This document shows positions 1 to 12,058 of a DNA stretch of 64,000 nt, piece after piece. The DNA comes from Nitrospirales bacterium. Its GTDB lineage: Bacteria > Nitrospirota > Nitrospiria > Nitrospirales > UBA8639. The stretch spans positions 320,001 to 384,000 of the forward strand of contig CBDBCZ010000013.1 of NCBI GenBank assembly GCA_965203295.1, read 5' to 3'. How positions within the stretch are numbered: the stretch's first letter is position 1; each line of letters opens with the position of its first letter. The notes under the pieces are model-generated. The model was given only the letters and a program-made list of their open reading frames with translations, was not told the origin of the DNA and did no database searches. Both the position numbers and the translations under genes were made by a program.

Positions 1-406
1 AGAGCCCTATTTTGACACACTATCCTGAAAAGTCTCCTATTATTTTGGAATTATTCTTTATTCTTTGAGCTACCTATTATTCGTTTATTATTCCTGGAAT
101 AATTTCCTCAGGCCTAGATATCCTCAGCTATCTAAATGACTATCTCTAATTGTAGGAACAGTCATTTAGACAGCTGGTGCTAGAGAGACTCTACTCAGCT
201 ATCTACGTGTTTGTAGGACTTTACACTACTGTCAGAGTAGTCCCAGCTGTGGAAACTAAAAGTGAAAAATTAACCAGAAACTTAGCTGAAAGCTGTTTCA
301 GCTGATAGAGAGCAGTGTGGACTAGGAAATTATTGCTTTGACTGAAACCTAATTATTATAATGGGCTGATATTTAGGTGCTAGACTCATCTACATACATG
401 TTTGAC

Positions 407-480
407 TAGACTATCAAGCTAGACTCTCCTCCACGAAAAGCTCAAGCTTTGCGTGGAGGAGGGTCTAGCTAGGTAGACTA
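407..480. mobile_element. Tiny palindromic TAG...CTA element (AcademH-like MITE)
   Basis: Hairpin flanked by ATGTTTGAC / ATGTTTGAT (8 of 9 bp TSD). Confidence 0.6.
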
Positions 481-861
481 ATGTTTGATTGCCCTTGTGG
501 GCATTGTATGCTCAAATACACAAAGGTGAATCGATACATCATTGAAGCTAACAAACAGATGACTGTTCCTACAATGTAGAGATGGTTATCTAATGATCGG
601 ACATCAGGTGAATTCGGTCGTGCTGGGCAGGGGTCCACCTATATGTACATGTATGTTTAAATAAAAATGCATATAATCTGTGATTCTCACGGTTTGATGC
701 AAGTCTTGTGCAAACAGTGACTGTGATGTGGCACGCGAGCCTCGTGAACTGTTCCATTATATACTTTCGACTCTGAAGGGTTGAGAACTCATAATTAATG
801 TCACAAGTTTTATTCAGGTCCTATAAATTATCCATTCCCTCCCTTCCATCCATCTCCCAAG

Positions 862-1038
862 GATCTGTCGTTTCACGACAACTTCTACAAGGAGGTGTCC
901 TCGTCCTGGGAGGTCTACAGCCTCAAGGACATCTCCCGGTTTCGGAACAGGATTGACAGGATGGAGGTGGAGGCCTCGCTGCCGCTGCCCACCCTCTCGG
1001 AGGAGACGGACCTCATGCAGGAGAACCACCTGCGGAGT
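862..1038 (+). CDS. OXR1: TLDc-domain protein (OXR1/NCOA7 family), first visible exon; 5' part of the gene lies upstream or was not identified
   Basis: AG acceptor at 860-861, open frame DLSFHDNFYKEVSSSWEV...LPLPTLSEETDLMQENHLRS, GTGAGT donor at 1039 (phase 0). Symbol is a family-level call. Confidence 0.8.
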
Positions 1039-1191
1039 GTGAGTGTGTGTGTGTGTGAGTGTGAGTGCGTGTGTGTGAGTGTAAGTGTGTGTGAGTGAGT
1101 GTTTATGCATGCGAGTGTGCATGCATGCATACATGTGTGTGTGCATGTGTGTGTGCACATATTGTGAGTGTATGTGTGTGTGTGTGTGTGT
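1039..1191. repeat. (GT)n-rich microsatellite at the 5' end of TLDc intron 1
   Basis: Imperfect GT/GAGT repeats begin at the splice donor. Confidence 0.9.
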
Positions 1192-1297
1192 TTGCTATAG
1201 TGACTCCTTTCGGTTTGATACACACCTGCACCTGCCAATTCATGTAAAGACAGAGTGAAGGTGAGCAAACAACAGCAGTATCTGACTCTCTCCTGCT

Positions 1298-1415
1298 CCC
1301 TCCCCTCCCCTCCCCTCCCCTCCCCTCCCCCCCCTCCCCTCCCCTCCCCCCCCCCTCCCCTCCCCTCCCCTCCCCTCCCCTCCCCTCCCCTCCCCTCCCC
1401 TCCCCTCCCCTCCCC
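1298..1415. repeat. (TCCCC)n microsatellite serving as the polypyrimidine tract
   Basis: Pentamer run ends a few bases before the CAG acceptor. Confidence 0.95.
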
Positions 1416-1419
1416 ACAG

Positions 1420-1578
1420 CTCTCGCAAAAGCTGGCCTGGCATGCAGTGGGAAACAACTGGTATCTGATCTACAGCACCTTCAAGCACGGCATCAGTCTG
1501 AGGACCCTGTACCGCAGCATGCTCACTCTGGACCGAGACTCACCCGTGCTGCTGCTGGTCAGAGATGACTCCAAGAAG
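1420..1578 (+). CDS. OXR1: TLDc-domain protein, exon 2 of 4 visible
   Basis: CAG acceptor after (TCCCC)n; LSQKLAWHAVGNNWYLIYSTFKHGISLRTLYRSM...PVLLLVRDDSKK matches the TLDc W-x-L-x-Y-S-T-x-x-H-G-x-S-L-x-T-L-Y motif; GTGGGT donor. Confidence 0.92.
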
Positions 1579-2359
1579 GTGGGTGGGTGCTGGGGGCGTG
1601 AGCACCACGTGTGGTTGACTTGGGCTTCATGGAACAGGGCACCTATCAGTGCATGCATCTCAGTCCATCACACTAGACAGTGTACACAATAACAGCCGGT
1701 CATCAGTCAATTTCCGATCATTCTATGGAAATGACCGCACAAATTGTTGTTTGGTCGGTCCTACCGTCCGATCATATCCTTGTTTGTGCAAACACATCGT
1801 GCAAACTAGGCTGCAACAGCGGACCGGGCTCCTATGGCCCAGAGAGTTCAACCCTGAACACAATCATGTCCTATATAGCTTCCCCCGGCCCAAAAACTTT
1901 GTCCGAACAAAATTGAGAATTGTCCAACCAAAATTCAGTTAGGTCTGCCAAATCACCTAGCATAATTTAAACCTTATTTTGCACACTGCTAGAATTTTGA
2001 CTGTTACGTAAGATGCGTATTTATATGTCTCAAGTTTTCCCTTGTAAGAAATCTACTGATAATTAACATTAATTTTGATCTCTCCGTTAAGTTAGGTTAG
2101 GTGTAGTGTGCGTGATTTTATGTTTTATGCTACATAAGACACATATATTTGATTTCTCCATCTACAGCTGGTACGTACATGTAAGTATTGTGCATATACA
2201 TGTACTTGTACTATTTGGTCATGTCTCCTCACAGAAACTGATAACGGAGAAACCCTACTATACATACCTTTAGTCACGGTATAATTAATTTGGGTAGTGT
2301 ATGTATGTTGTGGTTTGTATGTGTACTCAAACACGCATGTACACAATGCATGCATATAC

Positions 2360-2438
<79 letters not shown>

Positions 2439-2617
2439 CTGTTTGGTGCCCTCTTGTCTTGTCCCCTGAGGATCAGCGATCACTTCTACGGCACTGGAGA
2501 CTCCTTCCTCTTCAGCTTCTGCGAGCCCAACGATGAGCTGAAGGTCTACAACTGGTCCGGCAGCAACCACTACATCGTCAAGGGCAACAGCGACAGCATT
2601 GGCATCGGCAGCGGAGA
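2439..2617 (+). CDS. OXR1: TLDc-domain protein, exon 3 of 4 visible
   Basis: LFGALLSCPLRISDHFYGTGDSFLFSF...VYNWSGSNHYIVKGNSDSIGIGSG (FGA, FYGTG-x-SFLF motifs); CAG acceptor, GTGAGT donor, phase 2. Confidence 0.93.
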
Positions 2618-3265
2618 GTGAGTTGTCAGAGCTCTCTTTTGGTGTGCACATGCATGTCATTTATGTCCCAGTAGGGAGAAATAGGTTAGACGCCAAGACC
2701 AAAGGATCTACGCGATTTAAAAACTCGAAGGCCCGAGGCTGTAGTATCACGTGTGAAGCAAGGGTGCTACTTTGGGCCCGAGGGTTTCTAAATCGCATAG
2801 ATCCCATTGGTGGAGGTGTGTACATGTATGTACTATAACACCCGTTGTGCATCAGAGGTGTTTTAAGTACCAATCATTTAATTTTTGTTGTCATCCTAGC
2901 CTCGTTTCTAGCCCCTACATGAAAAAATGATCAGGACGAAATCCCTCCTATTAGGACCCACTAATAACTTGGAGCATTACTTATAAGGATGTTGCATGCT
3001 CTATTTGCCCCCCCCCCCTCTCCCCCTCTCCCATTTCCAGACAGTGGCAGTCAAATTTTGCGAGTAAAATGCAACCCCTCTATTTTGGAAACCTTTGGAT
3101 CGGTGTCCTGTGTATAAGGGTCTTCATTTCAAGGAACTTTGAAACATACAAAGCGTAGAGGCATCCTCAATTCAGGGTTCCAAAATGGAGGGGTTCCACT
3201 GTACAATTTTTTTCTCTCCAGATTCAGTGTTCTGATTTTTAACCTCCTCCCCATCCCTTTTGCAG

Positions 3266-3416
3266 TGGCCACTTTGGGCTGTGGCTGGACGAGTACTTCT
3301 ACCACGGCAGTAGCTACAGCTGCTCCACGTTCGACAACGAGTGTCTCGCAGGCAAACAGGACTTTATTTGTAGTGGGGTGGAGGCGTGGGGCTTCGAAAT
3401 TAGAGAGTTTTCATGA
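3266..3416 (+). CDS. OXR1: TLDc-domain protein, terminal exon
   Basis: Phase-2 join gives DGHFGLWLDEYFYHGSSYSCSTFDNECLAGKQDFICSGVEAWGFEIREFS*, the canonical TLDc C-terminus (FGLWLD, C-x-TF-x-N, E-x-WGF). Confidence 0.92.
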
Positions 3417-5117
3417 GGTCTAGACTACCGTTAATTGCTGATCACAGCACTGCATGTATGTGTCGTGTCGTTCACCTGTTATTAATTTTACAATCATTTT
3501 TCTTTTTATGTCTGTGCACTCGCATGCAAAGAATGTGAGTGTGTCATAGACACTTTTGTGGTTGTGATTGCATCCCTATGTTTTGTTTTTTTTTGCTTCG
3601 GTGTTCATGTACAAGTACCTGGTACCGTCTTGAATTGTATTGGATACAGATATACTTTGCACTTGCAGAACTCTTAAATATTGTGTATCTACGCAAGCTA
3701 GCTTCGCCAGGCTTTTCCTACAAAATCAAAAATATAAAAAGAGCTTATACATTGTATGTGGCTAAGCTTAAAGCGCGTACATGTATGTTGACTATTACAG
3801 TATGATCCTAAAATAGCAAGACTGTCACCTGTGTAATAAACGCCTGGTAAAATCAAGTGTTGATAATGTAAGCTCATAACCACACTGCACTTTATTTGCA
3901 GCACAGATTGTATCTGCAATTACAGTTGGTTAGACCACATTGCATAATTATTAATTTGGTGTCCCTGTCAAAGATTTTTTGGACGATTATTGCTGGAAAA
4001 CCGTAGGGGGTATGAAGCTAAAAAAGCAACCCAGTGGTCTTCTCAATGAGATTTCTTCAATGGATACCTTTTTTGAAACGTACAAAGTGAATTTAATTTT
4101 CCAACTTTTTCCTTGACCCCCCTCAGGAAATACTAATGTCATTGTATAGCAATCATGATTTTTAGACACTGGTAAAATTTTCATGTGCATATAGGGGGTG
4201 CACAAGGCGAAATATCGATGTCCCCAAAATGCAATTTCATCTTTTTTTTTGTGGTTTTTGGGACATCAATACCTCGGCTTGTGTACATGTACTTACTGCT
4301 AGGGAAGCAATGCTGAAAATAGTTAATTTCCTATCATACCAAACAATGCATGATGCCTGATTATTTATATCTCACTGGTGCACAATGGGTAAGTCTCCTT
4401 CCACCACCCCATCTTCCTGAGCATACTCTCAATATTGTGTTCATACACTGTGTTGCAGACCAAACTTTGCTATTATATATTATCTATGTACTGCACGCCA
4501 AAATTTGTTACAGTAGTAGCTAAAGATAAGTCCGAATCCTAATGTGATTGACGTATTAGTGTGAGTTACATGTATGGCTCTTGTGTACCATGCTATACCA
4601 TAAACTCTGGAGTATAAGTACCCATGAACCCAGTTGCTATCCACTTCTTGAATAGTAGCACCCATGCAAATAAAAGTACCCAATGAATATAAGTACCCAT
4701 CAGACAACGGGATGCATAAACAGTGCACGTGTAACTAGTCAAGCATGAATAGTGAGGACGGTATCGGGTCCGCCTAGGTCTGCATCAGAAGGCATATTAT
4801 GGGCTGTTGGTGGGGGGCATAGAACTGCCTTGCAAGTATACACTTCAGTGCAAGGAAAGACCACCACGTGTAAGACCATTGCTATAACAATCACAGAGTA
4901 CAGTGAAGCCGAGAAACACAAAAGTGACCGTCAAAACCAAAACTACAGGTTTAATGTACATGCTGTTGTACTACCATAATATTATATTTAACCTCGTTGA
5001 AACGTACTCCATGATTATAAGTGCCCCACATAATCTGTGCCACGAAAATGCGCAATCTCCAAATAGAAGTACCTGTACTTGTACTCCAGAGTTTATAGTA
5101 TACTGGTGAGTAGAGCA

Positions 5118-5453
5118 GTATAGGCCTCGAGCTCTGCTGGAAATTTTTGTCAGTTCTGTGGTATTACCAGTAATCACCTGTCCTCTGACTCACTGGCAGA
5201 AATCTCAATCCTCACCCACCTGATGGGGGCTCCACTTTAATTGGCCTTTTATGTATTCAAGCAACAGGGAGAGCAAACGTACACATGAGTTTGAGTCCTT
5301 GCTGTCCAGTCCAGGTCATCACCATCTTAACGGCCAAGTCGAGCCCCTCAGGAGTGGGTGAGAATCGAGATTTCTGAGTGAGAGGACAGGAAATTACTGG
5401 CAATACCATGCACAATAGTGACAAAAATCTACAGCAGAGCTCGAAGCCTACAC
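5118..5453. mobile_element. MITE with ~100-bp imperfect TIRs, family unassigned
   Basis: TAGGCCTCGAGCTCTGCTG...CAGCAGAGCTCGAAGCCTA plus further inverted matches (GAAATCTC/GAGATTTC, CTCACCCAC/GTGGGTGAG). Confidence 0.7.
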
Positions 5454-5740
5454 GGCAATAAACAAAATATTGTTTAAAACCAGCTAGGGTTACCTCAGTT
5501 GCAGTCTACAAAACAATGTGTAAACAAGTGGACCACTTTACTTTTACTTTACTTTACCACTCTAGCTATTTTCTCCAATTTATGGAGGAAGGAAAGGCCC
5601 ATCAGGACAAACAGTAACAAATAGTAACACATTTCTTGTACCTAGCCCCGCCAAAGGAGCTGCATAATCTACCTTAGTTTTCTGAATAAATTGTTCATGC
5701 ATATTGTAAAGGTATAGAAACTGCATATTCTCTGGTACTG

Positions 5741-6580
5741 GGGCTGTAACTGAGATAGCCTTATGTGGGATAAACAACCACTCTCTTTTGCAGTCCATTG
5801 TTCAAACTACTTTCTAAGTGCCATAAAGTGGTGATTCTCATTGCGATTTGCTTAGGATAACAGCTATATGTTGACACTTACACCTACAGTGTTCGTTTTT
5901 GGGGTGCTGAATGCGCCAAAATGGCTTTAGAAATCTAGATTGCTTGCATTTAGATGGAGGTGGTTGCATCATGCAGGTGTTTTGTGTAGACTGCACCTTA
6001 CCTGGTTTAAAGCAAACCTTTGATGATTTTTGCAGGGTACTCCAGTGTGGGTTACGTGCATGGCTCTTGTGTACAGTGCTAGCTAGTGTCCATGCTGTCC
6101 AGTCCAGATCATCACCAAGTCCACCAGGCCAATAGCAAGTAACTGTAACAGCCAGTGGAGCTGTAACTGAGATAGCCTTATGTGGTTAATAAAACAACCA
6201 CTCTGTTTTGCAGTCCATTGTTCAAACTACTTTCTAAGTGCCATAAAGTGGTGATTCTCATTGCGATTTGCTTAGGATAACAGCTATATGTTGACACTTA
6301 CATCTACAGTGCTCGTTTTTGGGGTGCTGAATGCGCCAAAATGGCTTTAGAAATCTAGATTGCTTGCATTTAGATGGAGGTGGTTGCATCATGCAGGTGT
6401 TTTGTGTAGACTGCACCTTACCTGGTTTAAAGCAAACTTTTGATGATTTTTGCAGTGTACTCACCATTAGTGTGGGTTACGTGCATGGCTCTTGTGTACA
6501 GTGCTAGCTAGTGTCCATGCTGTCCAGTCCAGATCATCACCAAGTCCACCAGGCCAATAGCAAGTAACTGTAACAGCCAG
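5741..6580. repeat. Tandem duplication of ~420 bp inside a CACTG-type TIR element relic
   Basis: CTGTAACTGAGATAGCCTTATGTGG...GTAACTGTAACAGCCAGTGG occurs twice head to tail; inverted copy at ~25860-26110; related sequence at 38236-38558. Confidence 0.85.
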
Positions 6581-6878
6581 TGGTTTAGTACGTTGTAGAT
6601 ATATACCCCTCAAAGCCCACTCAGGTTCGAAGGGGAATGCTTTAATATAATTCTTATCACTAATCTTGTAAGCAGTTGAAAAACAATTTTACAAACTTGA
6701 CTTTACAAATGGTTTACTTGACCTACACTCAATGAAACTCTCTTACAAAATCAATCACCTAAATAAAGCCTATTGAGTCTTAGCTTCTAGAGTTGTAGCT
6801 TCAGCAAGTTCGTGCTATTAAGTCCTAGCTACTATAGAGTTATAGTTTCAGCAAATAATGTCAAGTTTATTGCTTCAG

Positions 6879-7452
6879 TTACAGCAGCAACACCGCCAGA
6901 ACCACTATGACTAACCCGATAAACGGGATTTTAGCAGCCATGAGGGCTTTTCCGGAACCAGAAAGCGGTCCTTCAGTGCAGAGTCCAGTCAATTCAACAC
7001 CGCAAGAATTCCAAAGAGTGAAGTCATCTATTGCGACATCTATATTGAGCTCACTCCCCACCTCGGTGAAATTAGCACAGCAGCCACCAGTATCTCGAAA
7101 ATCTTGCAGTGCTCTTCGGCAAGTGGTGGAACAACGCGTGGAAGGAGGCAAGCAAGCGTTCTCTGCAGCAGTTCCGTCGTCAATTACAGCTTCAAGTATC
7201 CTTCCACATGTCATCCCATTTTCATTGACTCTGCAGGTATAAACTAAGGCAGCACCTTCTGCACGACTGCCGCAACTATAAGCCAAGTCTACTAGTGGTT
7301 GGCCACATCTCTCGTTGCAAAAGCTAGCAGCAAAATCAGCATATTCATCCCAATCACCAGCTGCAATGCTATCAAAGTCGATGAATTGGGCCCTCCTTAT
7401 GCAGTCAGTAGGGTAGTCACCAAGGAGCCTCGCTACGTCATTTTGACTGCAA
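6879..7452 (-). CDS. Secreted Cys-rich, probably GPI-anchored protein, copy A, exon 2
   Basis: TAG acceptor (alternative in-frame CAG 6 nt downstream); Cys-rich FCNERCGQPL...CRVNENGMTCG...GGCC...LWNSCGV; small-residue stretch SGSG then hydrophobic tail to the stop. Confidence 0.85.
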
Positions 7453-10080
7453 CTAATGGAGGTAGACACATGAAGCAGGTGATTAAAATTCATTTACGTA
7501 TATGCACCAGACTATCATATAGTTTCAGTATGAAACATATCTGTAGCACTACTCAAGTATAAAGATTTAAGGAGGCTGTACCGTAGGGTGACTACCATTT
7601 GAGGTGACAAAATTTAGCGGATTGGACGTAGAGCGGATTTTGGTGTGGTTTAATTTTAGCGTTATATGAACGTGATATTACAAGTAACAATGAAGAGTTT
7701 TGTATAAGTATGCACTGTTATGCATATAATTATGCACAAAAAGGCAAAGTGGGAAGCATTTGGGCCTGATTATGTGTAGCACAGACGTAAACTTCAGTAT
7801 GCATAGCGATAGTTGTACTCGTGATGAACATTTTTTGCAAACTCAAAAATTAAGCAAATTGTTCAAATTTGCTAAATTGCACTATAATAAATAAAAGTTG
7901 CTTAAGGGAAAGTTTTATTACTGTGCCAAATGAAAGAAAAAGTACGTACATGTGTAATGTTCACTAGTTTGGTGACTATGAGGTCTTTCGTGCCCGATAC
8001 TGGCTGTTCCAAATGGTAATATTCAGAGCCAACCACAACTGCAACAGTCCACAGTCACAGCCAGAAAGCTATATAGCCTGTATGGCCAAATATAGTTTCA
8101 CTTAAGAAGCCAAGCAAGTGGTTTACTCACCACATAGCTAGTTGCAGGAATAACAAGTGGTCTTTGCTACATGGAAACTACAATCATGTACATGTTAGTG
8201 ATTATGTTTCTTGCACATGTTGCCATATAGGCTAGCTTTCCGGCTGTGCCTTCTAGTTCTAGAGGTGCATGACCCTTGAATTGCAACTGAGGTTTAACAT
8301 TTTTGGCAGTAATTGTCAGTGTGCAAGAGCCTGTGGACCTCAGATCATGAGAAGTGGTTGAGTATAAGAAACGTGGAGATTCGCACGGTGTAAAGTATCA
8401 TATGAACGGAATGGGTTGGACACCTGTTGACAAGTGAAGAAGGTGACAGTCTAATCAACAAGCTTCTGACTCAGTCATTTATTCCTGAGAATGCCACTGT
8501 GAAGTATCACGTAGAAAAGAATGGTAACCCAGGGCTCCATCATAGGACCAAGACTCTGAAAGAGGATTTGAGGATGGACTTCCATTATGCCTAGTCCTGT
8601 AGCATCCCGAACTAGTACTCACACAGATAATTGAATTTGATTTTTAAGCCTGAAATTGTATTAATGTGTATGTGTTCAGTACTCCAAGACCACACTTATG
8701 TAAGTTTTTATTGTCCATGGCTGAAAGGGACCGCTCTAGAATTATGCCTGATGGCGTGTGCATGAGAGGCCATGACAGTGAAAGACGCTCCTACCTATCT
8801 TTTAGCTGCCGTTAGTGTGGTCTGTCTCGCCTTATTGCTGCCCGAAACATTGCTTGCCTCCGTCAAAAGCCCTCGGTTGCACCGTTTCAGTCATTCTGTG
8901 CTTAACAGATGCTCGAACGGATGCCGTTTTTAATTAGAGCGTGGGCATGTAAGTCTCTTTGCGTGGGCATGTAAGTCCACCCTACGCGTACAAACGTCAC
9001 GGCATGTGATAAGTGGTACCAGGCCTTCCCCCTCGCTTTTCTCCACGGCTGCAAGATAAGAGCTGGGGGGGAAGGACTGGGAACGAGGCTATGGAGTACC
9101 TGGTATCATTTTTGTTTGGCATTTTGGCTGTTTAGCAACTGTGGTCTCCTTGTCAAACTCTTTAGAATTTCTGCCAGGGCATCATAAAAAGTGCACATGG
9201 AATAGCTAATATTTGACATGTAGCTTGTGCATTCATTATAAGACATAACATACAAACTTGAATCTTTGCTGGAAGGCTGCTAGTATATTCCATGTCAAAT
9301 AGTGCCTCCAAAGTCGGAGCTATATAACTGCATTCCTATAGCCAGTTACAATAGTTCATCAAATATACTGGTGCACAAAAAAGCCTACAGTTACTGCACA
9401 AGGGGTATATAATTCGATCAACATTATACAATACTGAAGAAACCTTTACATGATGATGATGATGTTGATGATATGATTATGATGATGAAGGTATTGAGTG
9501 GTTTACAGGAAATACAGGAGAGGCTTCATTTGATAGACCACTCCCAGCTTGTGGTCTATCAAATGAAGCATGCAGAGTGAGTTTCCAGTAAACCAGGAAA
9601 TTGCATATCTAAGTGGCTTTTACTATGCACCTCATGAATAGTTTCATTTGTGGGTTGCCTAATTAGAACATGGACAGCTGTGCCTAATTAGAGCATGAGA
9701 CAGCTGTCCATATGTTCTAATTACCAATTACAGTAGCTAGAGCATACATGTGTACAGTAGTTGGAGCATATGCTCTAACTACAGTAATTGGTAATTAGAG
9801 CATGGACAGCTGTCTTTGACATTTAGACTGCTACCTTTGAACCTCCATAAATAATATTATTATGGCTCAGCCAGTACAGTACATGTCAAGTATAGGCCTG
9901 TACTCAGTAATTGCGCAATTGCATGATTGCATCCCTAATCAGTTGTGATTCAAAGCTCATCGCAAATATTTTGCACATAATTATAGTTGCATGGATATGG
10001 AGTCCTAATGGTACACCCAACAATACAGGCTTGAATTTACGGCTAAGTCCTATGCGACCAATGTCTATTATGATACTCAC

Positions 10081-10268
10081 CTTCCCACTGCTTGTCGAGC
10101 AGGTCTAACGAGTGACCTCTTGACGTTGTTGTTAGTAGCTTGAGCGATGACAGATAGCATTTCACCAGTCCGGGCAAGCTGGACCAGGGCCTGCTGTTTG
10201 CCGCATGCCGTCTGTAGAGCTGCATGGATTAGGATCACGGCTAGGGTAGCAGGGATCAGAAATTTCAT
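10081..10268 (-). CDS. Secreted Cys-rich protein, copy A, exon 1 (signal peptide and possible propeptide)
   Basis: MKFLIPATLAVILIHAALQTACG...; GTGAGT donor in phase 2 joins exon 2 in frame; predicted 253 aa; conserved in copy B. Confidence 0.8.
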
Positions 10269-11404
10269 CTTTCACGGTTGGCCAGACAACAGCTGCAGGG
10301 GATTGACTAATACTGCATGAAACAACCAGAATCAGCATGCTCGCTGCAAGAATTCAGTGGCAGATTTTTTTTTTGTTACGGGCGAATGAAAGTGAAACTG
10401 CGCCTATCATTCTTGCCTGTAGCTACATGGAATTATCAGTACAGCTGTTTGCTGCACATGTGTTTACAGTATAGTAGCTAATGATAGACCTAGCTATAGG
10501 CGTTGGTAAATTTAAGATTCACCCTTTTTTTTTTTAGTTCCAAAAATCCAGCCAATTAATCAGTCCATTGTTTTCAATTATTCTAACCTAAACATTAAAT
10601 GTGAAAAAATCGCAACTCAACCGGTGCACTTGAGACAACAGCAACGGAAATCGTCTTTTTATTTCAAAGCTTTTCTCTTAAGGTATTATGATACTCGTTC
10701 CTGGTTCGGCCGAATCATAGCTGACTCGCAGTAACTTTCACTAACACTAGATAAGTCTGACCAGTCTATCCGTTACGATAGTTGTACTGTAAAATCCAAT
10801 CTGCTTTGCTAAGTTTGTCAGTGACTAATGGTAGACTATTATTTGAATAATCAATCCATTATTCCCCGCATAATTCTCAACAAAAAAATTAATGGCACCG
10901 AGCTATTATCTATTATTTCCTGATTATTCTGGAATAATTTACCAAGCGGCTTACCTAGCTACTGCAAATCTCTAGTGTGGAGCAAGTAGGCTAGGGTTAA
11001 TTTTTAGAATTGAATAATAATATTATCCGCTTGAATACTGCAGACTGCTGAAAACATGCACTGTCTAATCGTACCTTTAAAACTCAGTACAGTACTTTTT
11101 GCCCGATGAATTCACCACTCTTGAAAGACAATATTTTGCACTATATAGTAGCTTGCACTCAGAGCTGACTCTATACAGTATCAGTTATAACACGCCTAGG
11201 AGGGATGTTCTTGATGAAAGCATGCACGAGGCCCGACGGCTGAGTGTTTATCAATCAACAGCATCCGTCTAGTCTGGGCGTGTCAGTGATTTATCTGATT
11301 TTGCTAAGCGGGACTACAGTGGTTAGGCTTGAGATAATTATGCTCCAAATCTTTGCAATTATTCTATTCTCAAATTCTTTGATTTTATTGCTATTATTCT
11401 TTCA

Positions 11405-11825
11405 TTTTTACCAGCCGGAGCGCGCGTAGCGCGCGAACGGCTGGTACTAAGATTGCTTTGCGTTTTCCGCGTGCGTTTGTTTGTTTGTTTGTTTGTGCGT
11501 CCGCACTTATCACGTGCGCAATATATTACGTCATACGTTACTATGCAACTGCAGTACAGCAGCGTTTGGAGGTTTGCAGGCCAAGCTACAGCAAATGAAG
11601 GTAGTTTTGTGTTGCCTAGATGGCGAAAACGTGGTAGATAGTCGTGAAGATCCTGGTTTCTTGGCATATAGCTACTAACTGGAGGCGCATGACGAAACTG
11701 CTGAGTCAGCACTTTCGCTGTACCGTTCTAGGAATATAGTTTCTCTGGCTCTACAGCTGTAGTTTAGTAACTTGGCTTAAGCTGAGTTGTGTGTATTGTA
11801 CGGGAAAGGCGTCCGGCTGGTTTTT
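11405..11825 (+). mobile_element. Helentron-associated non-autonomous element (HINE/DINE-1-like), copy 1
   Basis: T-run ends, 5' hairpin TACCAGCCG...CGGCTGGTA, (GTTT)n tract, subterminal inverted CCGGCTGGT at the 3' end; second copy at 19948-20379. Confidence 0.7.
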
Positions 11826-12058
11826 AGACATATTTGCTACTATTCTCATATTATTCTCAATTTATATCTGTTGCTATAATGTAACATAAGTGAGCATTCT
11901 AGGAAAGACAACTAGACTTGTCTACATTAATACACCAGCCACTTATTCAGACGCGATTGATACTATCATAGAGTGCTAGCTAGGCACTCAACCAAAGAAA
12001 AAACTCGACCTATTGAGCGCCCAGTCCTCATGCACTGCTGGCCGGAGGGCAGGGCCGG

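Noticed and set aside
814..1488. His/Thr-rich and GEGRG-repeat ORFs on the minus strand
   Set aside because: Translations of (GT)n and (TCCCC)n microsatellites.
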